Source: Oopsacas minuta
Taxonomy: Eukaryota; Animalia; Porifera
DNA length: 64,000 nt
NCBI GenBank assembly: GCA_024704765.1
Contig: JAKMXF010000317.1
Location: 248,160-312,159 of the forward strand
Direction of reading: 5' to 3'
In this document: positions 49,140 through 61,632 of the stretch, one piece after another
How positions within the stretch are numbered: the first letter of the stretch is position 1
How the letters are laid out: each line of letters starts with the position of its first letter
Notes under the pieces: model-generated
The model's database searches: none
The model's input: only the letters and a program-made list of their open reading frames with translations
What the model was told of the DNA's origin: nothing
Position numbers and translations under genes: made by a program

Positions 49140-50313
49140 AGATGTTTGGCATTGTTTTTGCTTGCACAAGTGGTCAATGTCTTCCAGTACACTTGATGTA
49201 GCTATATGAAGTATTCCGGTAGGATGTTCGTCTGTCAATTTTGATCTCGTGATTTGTTTTAACGATTTTCATTCTTGAAAAAAACTGTTCGCAGCAATAT
49301 GTATTGCCTAACAGTGCAATGAAACGAAGTACAAATTGCGAGATATTTGGATAGGATGATGAGGCAACATGTTCACGATAAAATGTTTGGAGGTCATGTT
49401 CAGCGAAACCCCTCTTCAAATCACTGTCACTTTGAATGTCAATTAGTTCCAATTGGAACATCTCATGAGCATCATTGACATCAATCCCAAATGGATCTGA
49501 AAACAATTCATTTCTTAGATTCCAATGAGAGCAGAATACTTTTTCATACTTCACTATCGTTCCATCCCTAGTAGATAGAGAAATGTACAACTTTCTTGTT
49601 AATCAACTGAGTATGAATCAATTCTAATTTTTGAATGAACGCTTCTACATCGTCGTGGTCAATCCTACTTCTGTAAGAAAGGCCTGAATTTCTGTGATTG
49701 AGTCCCTTAGATCTAATGAAATTGACGGTATAAACAACTTTTTCCATCACATGTTTCATCTTTAGGGTTTTTGCACACAGTTGTTGTTGGTGAATGATGC
49801 AGTGATGTGTAATGACTTCATGGGATATATATTTAAGCATTAGACTAGTGAATCCTTTATGCTTTCCTATCATCACAGGGGCTCCATCTGTTCTTATGCC
49901 ACAAAATTTTGTCCGGACTTAGATTGAATTTAATTATTACATGTTTTACTTCGTCGAAAATGTCTTGTCCTGCTGTTGTGCCTTTCATCGGACATAGGTC
50001 GAGCAGTTCTTCAACTACTTCAAAACCTTTGGTCCCAACGACTTTTTGTCAGAACATACTACAGATGTAAATATGTTTAAACAGTCTTTCACAAATCTCC
50101 ATCAGATAATGGTTTCCCTCTCTTCGCTATTGCTTCTGTTATTAAAAAGCTGACCTTGGTAGCTGCCTCGGAACTCTTGTAGCTTTGACATATCAGGCAC
50201 AATATGACCTCATTGTGCTCGATTACAAAATAATCATTCGTTCAAGATCCTTTGAAAAGTCGACATTCTCCATCAATTTTCCTTTTATTGGCAGTAGACA
50301 TCGGACTAGCCAT
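49140..50313 (-). mobile_element. hAT (Buster/SPIN, GTF2IRD2-like) transposase remnant
   Basis: MASPMSTANKRKIDGECRLFK start, HCIIHQQQLCAK..KMKHVM..V...VNFIRSKGLNHR, and GNTYCCEQFFSRMK. Confidence 0.85.
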
Positions 50314-53027
50314 CTTTGTTCTAATTAGTTAGGAAATAAATCACGAATATGAAAATAGATATTATGTTGAGGTATTTACGTATGCTAATTTTGATATGTT
50401 TGGAAATCATATAAAACGAGTGTTGAATATAAAATTTGCCGTTTTAAGATGGCAAAATGCGTGAAAAGATACCTCAATATGTCTGGACAAATCACTGAGA
50501 TGAAACTGGTAACATATAAATTGATCAATACAATGTAATCGACAAAAAAATTGGATATTTAATAGAAAGAGGTAATTCGATTTGGTTTGTAGTCATTATG
50601 GTATTGGTAGTAATGATCTACGTTCGTTTTACAAGGCAGGCGGGCCGTAGGTTGGAAACCCCAGATCTATATGGACCCAAGATTTATATAGATAAAATGA
50701 AGGAAATTGTGGCTTCCCTTTCTTCAAACGGGCTCCTCTAGTTAAATTTATTACAATTAGATAATATAGATAATCTATATTATTAAATCTCAATGATTGT
50801 TTGTTTGTTTGTCCGTTGTCAAGGAAAGGATTTACGGTATGCAATTTTGAAATTGTAGCATAACTATGTATTTATCGTGTTTACCAAGGAAGTAAATAGA
50901 ATTCAATAAAACTTCACTAAATATATCGAACATGCTGGATCCGATTTTCACACTTTTGGATTAATCATATGTAAATTTATTGTTGTTTTTATGAATATAA
51001 AGTAAAAAAATTATCCAAATCTCGAAATATACTACATGCTTCCTCTAAGCGCTACAAAGGGGGTTGATCTTACAAATAATACAATAACATATATGCCATA
51101 TACGTACCGTAAAATGGGGCAACTTTGGGCTAAATATTGAAGTTCTCAAGATATTTCGGAGTAATTCAGTATTAAATTTCAATATGACCAGGCAAATGTA
51201 ATTCAAATATTCTAATATGCGTGGTCATTTTGAAGCTTTATACTGAATCACGTCGAAATTTCTTGAGAACTTCAATATTTCGGCTAAAGCAAACCCAGTG
51301 GGCCAAAGTAGCCCCATTTTACGGTATCTAAATATATCTATAATATACTACTCAAAGAGGCCGTCAAATTGGAGAATAATGGATACCTCGAGGCGCAATG
51401 CAGCAAGTTCATCGCGAAACGACGAGACAAAGGTTCGTAGATTATAAATATTTGGATGTTTGAACTGCCAATTTGAAAAAATTATTTATGAATGGTATGA
51501 CTATGAGTGATAGATATATAGTATTTGATTATTGACGTATCTCAGAGGTAATTTTGGATTAAAAATTTCAATCGGGAGTTCATATATTTGCAGTTTCTCG
51601 GAGGTTGTCCTATCTCAGAAGTTCAAGAACTACTATTTGTATAGGAAAATCAATCGGTGGAATGGGATGGTGCCGTATCTCGGAGGTCCCGCTTTCGGAG
51701 GTTTACCTGTATACATCCCTAATTGAGTTGTATTATGGATCTCCCACTGTCCCGGATCTTCTAGTCTTTCATGACAGCGTTTATTGTGTTCACACGTTTC
51801 TCAAGATCCTATAGTCTTTGTGTCATTAATTCCAGACAGCTTTTATTATGTTCTTCACGCTTTGCAGGATCATAGCATTCTAATACACTAAGGTAATGGC
51901 ATTAACTTTTTTCTTGGACCAGGGATTGGTTAAACGCTTTTGGGATTGTTATACTGGAGTTGTATTCTCATCGCTTCGCAATGAACTCGGAGCATGCGCC
52001 TCGAGTTATTCAACGGACAAACAACAATTGAGATTTAATTATGTTTTTACAATATATTCAGATTCAGCATACTCGAGTATGGCAGTATAGTCGTTGAAAG
52101 AATGATTCTACAACAATTTTGAAATTTGTTTACTTTATGTACCTAAAAGTAAACAAATATTCACAATATGTTGTTTACAATACCATATTCAGAGTCAGTA
52201 TACTCGAATACCCCAGTATAGTCGTTGAAATTATGATTCTATCTCAATTTTGAAATTTGTTTACTTTATATTCATAAAACCAACAATAATTTACATATGA
52301 TTAATCCAAAAGTGTAAAAATCGGATTCAGTATGTTCGATATATTTAGTGAAGTTTTATTGAATTCTATTTACTTCCATTATAAGCACGATAAATACATA
52401 GTTATACGACAATTTCAAAATTGCATACCGTAAATCCTTTCCTTGACAACGGACAAACAAACATACAAACAAACAGACAAATAAACAAACAACAATTGAG
52501 ATTTAATAATATAAATAATGCAAATACTGTTTACCATACACCATGGTTAAGAATCGAAATTATCATATTTATAGTTTCCCACATTATTCTATCATTCTTT
52601 TGGAAATTCAGAAGTCAACAACCCTGTTAGTTATTGAGAAACTTTAATCACCAATAAAACCTATATTGACTTTCCATCAATTCGTAATACTTTCTAATAA
52701 CCAAAACATGATACATCCAGAGATAAATGCATTTTACGATAGGATAAAGGGGTGAAATTTGATATACACATTTTTCTGTATTCGCCTAAAATAGATTTCA
52801 AACATATCCTCATTAAAATTATACGTTGAAAATACGTGTTTTTGATACCCGATTTCCATGGGCCATATTTTTGTAAACATGATCGCGTGATCGACATTTA
52901 GGGACGTCGTACGTTGCAATGGTATGGCTCAACAGAGAACGTGATATTAAAAGTACTCTATTCTAATGAGAATCTACAGGTTATAATAAATTCTGAATCA
53001 TACTAAATTCTGAAGCGAGAATAGGAT

Positions 53028-53450
53028 CTATTTCTTTTGTTTTTCCTTCAGCTCTTTTCGAACCTTTGCAGCTGAAATGCTAACAATTCTACTTTTCCTC
53101 TGCTTCAACTTCTTCAGCTTGAATCGATCAAAGTCATTCAGATTCTTTCTGATTTTCCTCTTCTCTAATTTCTTTGCCCAAGATGTAGTTTTCCATTTAT
53201 CTCCAATCCCTCCAACATCTAGAGCCTGCTTTACTACTTTTTGCCCGGCTGAATGCGGAAATTTCACTTTCATCCCAGTAAGCTTAATATTTTTTAGCCT
53301 GAAAGGCATCCTAGGTACCCCCATTGTAGACCCATCAATCAGAATCCTGTTCTGGTCGATAACATCAACGATCGCTGCTAACTTACCAGTGTAAGGGCCT
53401 TGTGTGATCAAGATTATACGGCCTACTTCAACAAACTTGTCGAAAACCAT
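53028..53450 (-). CDS. RPL14: 60S ribosomal protein L14 (eL14), 140 aa
   Basis: MVFDKFVEVGRIILITQGPYTGKLAAIVDVIDQNRILIDG...LNDFDRFKL. The true start is ATG 53450, preceded by a splice acceptor (ttttaccag). The longer ORF call is a read-through of upstream sequence. Confidence 0.95.
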   Translation of the reverse strand: MVFDKFVEVGRIILITQGPYTGKLAAIVDVIDQNRILIDGSTMGVPRMPFRLKNIKLTGMKVKFPHSAGQKVVKQALDVGGIGDKWKTTSWAKKLEKRKIRKNLNDFDRFKLKKLKQRKSRIVSISAAKVRKELKEKQKK

Positions 53451-54430
53451 TTTACTGGTAAAACAATGAGCTAAGTTTAGGAGAGAAAAAGCAAAAAATG
53501 TGGCAGACATAAAGTTACATTTTGAGAGTGATTGTGAGTCCCCCTCAATTTCATGAACCATAGCTGAATACAGTAGAAATAAATTCGTACCGAATTTTTC
53601 GGTCAACTCATCCATATTATTGTCAGTCAACAGGCGATTTTGGGCACTAATCGTCTTTAATTTTGGTCAACTCGTACCTCTTACGCTTACTTCGACCAAC
53701 TCTCTTCTATTATTTTCAACTCGTGCCAAATTTAGGTACTAATCGTCCTTAAGGTTATTAATTTTAGAGAACTAAACTCTGGTTGTCCACTATCTATGTT
53801 CAGGTGTATAATCACAATTAATTTTAGCAATATTCTGTATAGGGTCCAGATAATTGGGTGCACTACTTTGAGTGTTTTGGCAAAAAACAGAAAATACTCC
53901 ATATTTGGATAAATGGATGACCATGTGAATGATCATGTGGGCAATTATCTGAGGATTCGAAACTTGTATCCACGAAACATATACAACAGATCTATAAATG
54001 CACAATTCAAATTTGTGTCTTAACTCCCTCATTATGTTTGTCCATCACCATTTTGAGCCATTTTGATTTCTATACATTATTCTCTGTGATAATGTATGTA
54101 GTTATAATACATTCGGACCGGGCTCATGTCGAAAATATATCCCTGTTACGATCATGCGTCTTCTAAGTTATACCATAGCATACTATACATAAAGCTAAAC
54201 AGTAATTTGTAGATTTTGGACTAGGGATACGATATCCGATATAGCAATGACAAGTGATTTCTATATTGCAGAAATGGCGCATTATTGCCAGAATAAATGT
54301 ATTGCAGATTTGTAGAGCCACAAATTATCAATTGTTTTATGCTAAAATATTTCAGGAATGTGTCAAAATATATGTTTAATAAGCCTTTATTTAGTAAAAT
54401 ATGCTAGTCTTTGATCTCTTGTAAAGTGAA

Positions 54431-54938
54431 ATTATTGCGTCTTACACTTCACAGATAATTTATGAAATGATTCATAGATTTATACAAAATGTCAAAAATT
54501 TGTAATACAAAAGTTGACTCGTTCTTGAGGTACAGTAGAGACCAGGGATGACACGTTTTTATGAATATCCAATTATAACTCTATAATATTTCAAATTTCA
54601 CCAATTGCCAATTTGTAGTAAATACCCGACTTCCCATACCTTAATAATACATTTTGACATGATAACTCTTAGCAAATGTGACATCATAGTGAATATGTCC
54701 TATTATGCTAATTTTAACTTTACGCAATTATCTTAAAATGTATTATCAGGTTATCGGAAGGTATTTACTACAAATTGGCTATCCTTAATTATAATTTGAA
54801 GGATTATAGAGTTATAATTGGATATTCATAAACATATGCCATCCCTGGCTTCTACTATACCTTAAGAACGAGTCATTTTGTATTAAATCTATGAATCATT
54901 TCATATATTATCTGTGAATTGAAAGACGCAATATTATC
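54431..54938. mobile_element. Long palindromic MITE-like element
   Basis: 54431-54600 is the imperfect reverse complement of about 54790-54938. Confidence 0.65.
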
Positions 54939-55480
54939 GCTATTCACGCCTTGTATTTCCATATCATCAAATAAAATAAATATAAATATACATGATACTT
55001 CAAGCACGTACTTATTACAGTCGTTTCTTGACTAATATAGACAAAATCGGATCATTTTATCACAGGGTAATTTTAATTATCACAGGTTTTGTCCTCGAAA
55101 ATTATGCAAATTGTATACAAATAGGCTTTGCCTGTAAATACATTCGGATTATTTTGTCTATCGGATAAGTTTATCTTCATTCTTCGTCTAAAAATGGACA
55201 AAAACAATTTCTCTTGTGGATTTAGATTGAAATATCGAATACAAATACTTAGAATTCTTGCGTTGACTAAAGTCAAGATGTGAGGAATGTGCCAATCGAA
55301 TCGCGAGGTTCATTAGTAAATTTAACTTCCCATCAAGTATCTAATGCTGATTAAGAGAACAACAATCATACTCATATATACATATACAAGATCATTCAGA
55401 AGAATCAATCAGTCTAGTGTAGTAGAAATAAAATCTATAAAAATAAAAAAACTCACAAATTGTAGGATATAAATACCTAC

Positions 55481-56791
55481 TCACATTTTCATGTTGTCAT
55501 GCGATGAGTTGGATGCTCGGGGTCCAGAGTAAGGAGATTGATGAGAACGTTGCATGTCGTGTTGGTAGAAAGGTGAAGGCGTGCTAGAATAATCCTGGCT
55601 TTGAAGAGGTGGAATATGAGGTGTATTGTCTGGTTGGGGAATGTAACTAGGATGAAATGGAATAGGGGTATTATGAGGGTACTGAGAGTAAGAGGAGTTA
55701 GAAGAGTAATTAATATCACTAGGCATGTCAGTTATATTATGAAGCTGGTAATTTGGTACGCCACTTGCAGTGAGGAATTGAGTAGGCTGATGATAGTAAG
55801 TTTCGAAATTAGTGTCCATTGGTATTTCTTGTCGAGAATAAAGAGTAGGTGGCATTGTAAAAGTGAAATCGAAAGGGAGACTCTGATCACTTGGATTTTT
55901 TTTTCTCCGGATACAAACCTTAGCATTAACTTCACATTGTCCGTGACTACGACATTGGGGAGTTTTGAAAACAATCACATGCTGATGGTATACATCAGTA
56001 CCTGAAAAGGTGCCATTCCCTATGATTTTTTCACCTTGCTCTGAATAGAAGATAACCTCTATATCATGCCTCTCAATCTTATCACAAATCAGGAACACTT
56101 CTTCTCCGCCCTCCATACTACCACTTATACGACTTATCCTGTGTATCTTGAGAGGAGCAGTGGCAGATGCTTTGCAGTCATAAATAGGATTAGAATACTC
56201 CCTCAGTTGCACGATTTGGCCGTTGCAAGCAACATAGGCTCGGAAACACAGACGAACAACATTGTTAGCAGCTGACATAGATCCAGCATGATTCACAAAA
56301 ACTTGTAAATTAGGAATTTCTTTCTTAAACCGGGACACGTCGAATTGAGTATGATGTTTAGTCCATCCTGTCATCATCCCTATGTATTGAGATATCCCTT
56401 GCTGGCGCAATAACTCACATTGAGCTAATTTACAACCAAGAATTTCATTCTTATCTTGAATCTTAGTATGAAGTATGCTAATTCCTTGAATTGAGTGAAT
56501 AACATCTCCTCTATTGTTAGGTCTCAATTCTTCTAAGTATTCTCCATTGAATACGCTCTTCCCATGCAGATTGTGCATATGCACTTCTTCAGAATCCTCT
56601 GCACATAGTGAGACATGGAGGTAGACCGTTGTATTAGGAAGACATTGTTCGATCTTTATTGTAGGGAATGTCTTCTTGTCTTTTGTGCTTGTCGCTCCTG
56701 TGATAGGTCCATGCGCTGAACCTTCACAAAGATATCTGAATCTATAACCCTTCTGGAGAGGTTGTTCACAAATGGAAAGTACTGGATTCAT
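55481..56791 (-). CDS. NF-kB/Rel-family transcription factor (RHD + IPT + P/Q/S/Y-rich tail, no ankyrin repeats)
   Basis: EQP.QKGYRFRYLCEGSAHG, VVRLCFRAY, S.PIYDCKA...LKIHRIS..SGS.EGGEEVFLICDKIERHDIEV.F and VYHQHVIVFKTP. Confidence 0.93.
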   Translation of the reverse strand: MNPVLSICEQPLQKGYRFRYLCEGSAHGPITGATSTKDKKTFPTIKIEQCLPNTTVYLHVSLCAEDSEEVHMHNLHGKSVFNGEYLEELRPNNRGDVIHSIQGISILHTKIQDKNEILGCKLAQCELLRQQGISQYIGMMTGWTKHHTQFDVSRFKKEIPNLQVFVNHAGSMSAANNVVRLCFRAYVACNGQIVQLREYSNPIYDCKASATAPLKIHRISRISGSMEGGEEVFLICDKIERHDIEVIFYSEQGEKIIGNGTFSGTDVYHQHVIVFKTPQCRSHGQCEVNAKVCIRRKKNPSDQSLPFDFTFTMPPTLYSRQEIPMDTNFETYYHQPTQFLTASGVPNYQLHNITDMPSDINYSSNSSYSQYPHNTPIPFHPSYIPQPDNTPHIPPLQSQDYSSTPSPFYQHDMQRSHQSPYSGPRASNSSHDNMKM

Positions 56792-56835
56792 CTAAGCCAA
56801 ATAGAAATGAAATTTAAGGTAGTATAAATTGGTGG

Positions 56836-56880
56836 ATGTTATTATGTTATTATGTTATTATGTTATTATGTTATTATGTT
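56836..56880. repeat. (ATGTTATT)5 tandem repeat just upstream of the NF-kB ORF
   Basis: Direct reading of the sequence. Confidence 0.9.
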
Positions 56881-57172
56881 ACACTATAATAGACTGATTT
56901 GACAAAAATAGGCCACTCATTTATGTTTATTAGATATTTAACCATGGATGGTGGATTTCGTGGATTTTTGTATTATAGAAATCCTCCCTCAAATCCTAAT
57001 AACTTCAATGATTGAAGTCCGATCCCAACATTATTACAGTTATTATTGTAATCCCCCTTACATGTATTGTTTGTAATGTTTCAGGAGTGATTATACAATT
57101 GTTTTAGATTAATAAGCATGACTATCATAATACACTTAGCATTACGTGATGAGTATGAATAGAATAACAATA

Positions 57173-59149
57173 CAGTGGAACCCCGCATATCGGGGCAGGC
57201 GCGTATCGGGGCACCCCTCTTATCGGGGCAGTAGGATGGAAATTTGTTATTCTTCAATTAAAATCAACCCCGCGTATCGGGGCGGCATTCGCGTATCGGG
57301 GCACCTCGAATAGAGTTTGTTTCCTTATTGAACATATATTTGTGCCTGAAAACTTAGTATTTATATACGTACAATGGCGGCTAAGCGTCATCCACTCCCA
57401 ATAGAGACTCGTGCTGAAGTAATTGAACTCAGCAAGGCAGGCAAATCCGAGAGGCAAATCGCCTTGCAGGTTGGAAGTAGCAAAGGTCAGGTCGGGAGAA
57501 TCCTTAGAGATCAGCGTGACAAGATCGAGAATCTCAAGGATGTTCAGGGAAACATTCCAAACAACCTCAAAAGGAGAAAGCTTGTGGACATAGCGCCAAA
57601 GTACTGCGAAATCGAGAATGCATGCGTCCTTTTTCTTGAGAGAGCCAAAGAGCATGGAATACCGGTAACAGGTCCAATGCTGCGCACTCTTGCCCTCCGT
57701 GAGGCTGAGAACTGCAACATCCAAGGGTTCTCTGCTTCTGAAGGTTGGCTTGATCGAGTAAAGAGACGTCATGGGATTCATGGAAGGCACCTTAGTGGCG
57801 AGGCGGCATCGGCCAACAAAGTAGTGGTGATGAACTGGATGGAGCAGATCCCAGAGCTGATAGAAGGATACGACCCGAAAAACATCTTTAATTGCGATGA
57901 AACGGGGCTTTACTACAAACAGACTACATCACTTTCTCTTGTAATGCCCGGTGATGCCTGTCATGGCGGTAAGGCTCAGAAGGAGCGGTTAACTTTACTA
58001 ATATGCTGCTCTTGGATGGGTGAAAAAGTGAAACCACTCATCATCGGTAAATCTACCAGGCCAAGGTGCCTTCGTAGTGTCGATCTTGAGAACATGTCAA
58101 TTTCCTACAAATCACAGAAAAGTTCGTGGATGAACGGAGACATCTTTTCCTGGGGTGGATTAATGAATTTGAAAGCCTAATGTATCAAGCTGGCCGCAAG
58201 GTTCTGCTATTTATGGACAACGCAACTGTTCACAACATTGTAGAACAAATGGAATTCAGGGCTGTGAAGGTTGTGTTCTTCCCCAAGAACACTACTTGCA
58301 GCACCCAGCCGTGTGACGCTGGTATCATCCAGACTGTAAAGCTTCTCTATCGGAAGCAGCTGCACAATTTTATTCTCAGTGCTCTCACTCATGAATGTGG
58401 GGAAGTAGACCCGTACAAGGAAATCAATCTAGCAAGAGTGATTGTGTGGCTTTTTAGAGCTTGGCGCGACCTCAAACCGGCAACTATCGTGAAGTGCTTC
58501 TCCCACTGTGGCTTCTCTAAAGCAGGGGATATAGTAGAGCCACAACAGACACCCCTACTGGAAACGGAGGCAGAGACTCTGCTCTCTGCTGAGGAGGAAC
58601 AGATGGAGATATTCCCCCCCGTCGTGGAGCCAGAAGAATTGTTTGACAAGGTGGTGACTGAATTGAAAGACCAGCTGGAAGAAGTTTCAATTCAGGCTAT
58701 TGCACCTACCGAGATTATTACTACAGAGGATGATGTGGCAGAAATTCCTAACAACAAACAGGTGCTGCAAGCACTTGAGACAATCGAGCTGTACGCTGCT
58801 GGACGTGGAGATGATGAAGTGCTGGGAGGTGGCTTCAACCTGGCATGGTATAGGCAAATTATCGAGGAAAGGGCCCACATGGAGGCGACGCAAACCACCA
58901 TTGAAGATTTCTTCAAGAAAACTAGTCTTTAGATAGCATAACAGTCTCCTAGTGAACTTAGAATGTGTAGTATTCTGCGTAATTATCAGTCATATTTCAG
59001 AGTGTGTCATGATGATGTTTGTGTTCTAAATCGGTAATATTTACAAGGGTGTACAACTATTTTCCTAGAACCCCGCTTATCGGGGCACTCCCTCGTATCG
59101 GGGCACTTTTTGCTTGGCAAAAGGTGCCCCGATACGCGGGGTTTCACTG
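57173..59149 (+). mobile_element. Tigger/pogo (CENP-B-like) transposon, single frameshift
   Basis: TA|cagtggaaccccgcatatcggggca...tgccccgatacgcggggtttcactg|TA. HTH-psq/CENP-B N-terminus, FNCDETGL, LFMDNATVH, QPCDAGII. The two ORFs (57374-58180, 58126-58932) join at about 58150. Confidence 0.93.
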
Positions 59150-59181
59150 TATAGATAATCAAGAAACATTGTACGTATATA

Positions 59182-60083
59182 CAGTTAAGGGACAAAAGTA
59201 TTCGACCACACAAATATATTGTCATAAATTGTATACTCTTTCCCGTTCCTATACACTGAATAGTCTATATTCGTAGCTGCAATCTAGTAATTTGCATAGA
59301 ATAACATGTTTTTCAAGAATTTCAAAAAAATATTTTCGATTTACACTTTTTGAAGGTGTTAATTATTAATAATTATTAGATAATTATTGATAATCAAAAT
59401 ATGTGGTAATTCAAAACCTATTAAGAATCTATAATTTCTGACATGATATTTGAATTCTACTTAGGCGAGTTACCCCAGAATAAATTTTCAATGGGATTGA
59501 ACAATTTTTGCCAGAGTTATAGATGAATTTCAATTTGTGCCATTTGTGCCACCTTTTGCCCAAGGGGCACAAGTGGCCGTTACCAAGAGGTTATTTTGTA
59601 ATTCAAGGGTTAGCATAGTCATATAATCCGAAAATATTACTATGACTTATTCCTCCTAACCCTAGTTGATTTCCTTGTAGTGGCGCTTTTTCCAGCCACC
59701 AGTGTCACTTTTTGCAACAAGTGGCACAAATTGAAATTCTTCTATAACTTTGGTAAAAATTGTTGAATCCCATTGGAAATTTTAATCTGGGGTAACTCGC
59801 CTAAGTAGAATTCAAATATCAAGTCAGAAATTATAGATTCTTAATAGGCTTTGAATTACCACATATTTTGATTATCAATAATTATCTAATAAGTATTAAT
59901 AATTAACACCTTCAAAAAGTGTAAATCGAAAATATTTTTTTGAAATTCTTGAAAAACATGTTATTCTATGCAAATTACTAGATTGCAGCTACGAATATAG
60001 ACTATACAATATATAGGAGCGGGAAAGAGTATACAATTTATGACAATATATTTGTGTGGTCGAATACTTTTGTCCCTTAACTG
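59182..60083. mobile_element. Foldback Tc1-like MITE with about 360-bp TIRs (copy 2)
   Basis: Arms 59182-59542 and 59722-60083 are near-perfect inverted repeats, with a TA duplication. Confidence 0.92.
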
Positions 60084-60391
60084 TAGATAATATGGTAGTA
60101 TTCAGTTAATACATGCTAATCCTTGCATCACGTGTTCTTATAACCGGTATCTCCTGTATATCACTCGTGTATTGTTGTTTACTTGTATAGAAATATATAG
60201 CTTACTTCCTTCAAAACTTATGTATTAAGTCAATAACTGTTCTGGTTAATATTTGAACAAATACAATAGCATCGATAATACAGATGTTAACTACCTATCT
60301 GAGAACTAATTAGGTATAGTAGATGTTAGTACATAAAAGTTACAGTTACTACGTCCTAAAGTTATGTGCGCTACATTTGTTCGTTTAACTA

Positions 60392-61632
60392 CCGGGTGGT
60401 CCAAAATAGACTGTACCCAAAATTTTTCCCCAACAGTTCAGGTAATATTTTTGTTAAAGCAATGAAATTATTTATACATGATAGTGACATAATTCGATAT
60501 ATATCCAGTGAATGCCAGGTCTCTAGCTTGAAAACTTTCGGATTTAGAGGAGGTGCTCGATGTGGTCACCATTACATTATCGGATATTTTTGAGTCGCAA
60601 CGCGAAATTCTGGTAAAATGACTTCAGAAGATCTTTGCTTATCCCCGTGATTTCTAGCACAATATTCGTTTTCAGCTGCTCAAGTGTTCGAAGCTTGTTC
60701 TTATACATTCTGTCCTTCAAATAACCCCATAAGAAGTCTGGAGGGCTAAGGTCGGGCGAGTAAGGGGACCACCCAATGGACGTCTTCCTGCTGACGACAC
60801 GCTTTTTGAAATGAACCTTGAGCCAATTAGGGGAGCCGTCTGTGGGGTCGCCCCATCCTGCTGAAACTACATCCTCTTGTGTAGTTGTGGATACTGAGTA
60901 CGGAGCTGCCGGCAGAACAGCTCTAACACAGCGATGTACCGCTCACTGTTGATGGTTGTTGTCTTCCCATTTTCCTCGAAGAAGAATAGACCGATTATGC
61001 CTCTCTCTGAAAGCGCGCACCACACAGTGACTTTCTTGGAATGAAGGGGTCTGGTTTCAACAATGTCTAGCTTCTGATAGCCCCAGAAGATGTTGTTTTT
61101 ACTGTTTACTTGTCCGCCCAGGTAACAGTGTGCCTCATCAGAGGTCCACAGCAGGGAGAGGAAGGACTAGTTTCCATAGCGTGCGGTGGTTTCAATCTTG
61201 TCTGACAAAATCCTTGACATTTCTAACCTGACTTCTTTAGCAATGTCAGACAGAGTCTGGTGAGTAGTGATGCGGTAGGGGAACAAGTGGAGGTCTTCCT
61301 TCATAACCCTCATCAGCGATGTTCGTGGAATAACAAGTGCTTGACTCCTCTTTCTGGTCGATCTGCTGGGAGATGCGATAACAGAATTTCGGATCCGCTC
61401 TTTGACGGCCGTGTCATACAGTTTCTCCCTTCCTGCGTGGGCCACACGACCTGGTGTCTTTGATCTGAGGTCACTGAGCTTTGGTTCCATCTAAAGGGTC
61501 AATTTGTTGTTTCTCTTTACTACAGGGGATGGGATGTATCTAGCATAACTAAAAAGGACTTTTGGTTAATACAAGATATTGAGACTGGGCAGTCTAAAAT
61601 GTGCTTGGGTACATTCTATTTGGACCCTCCTG
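60392..61632 (-). mobile_element. maT-like (DDxD) Tc1/mariner element, degenerate
   Basis: TA-flanked TIRs (c(c/a)gg(g/a)(t/g)ggtccaaa.taga.tgtaccc), WTSDEAH, VTVWCALS.RGIIG, FQQDGATP and SPDLSPPDF. Confidence 0.85.

Noticed and set aside
50700-50750. GFPFFKR reminiscent of an integrin-alpha tail
   Set aside because: It is not the GFFKR motif and there is no preceding transmembrane segment.
53451-53630. N-terminal extension of RPL14 in the 200-aa ORF call; possible intronic snoRNA
   Set aside because: The conserved protein starts at MVF after a splice acceptor. No C/D boxes and only a weak hairpin/ACA were seen.
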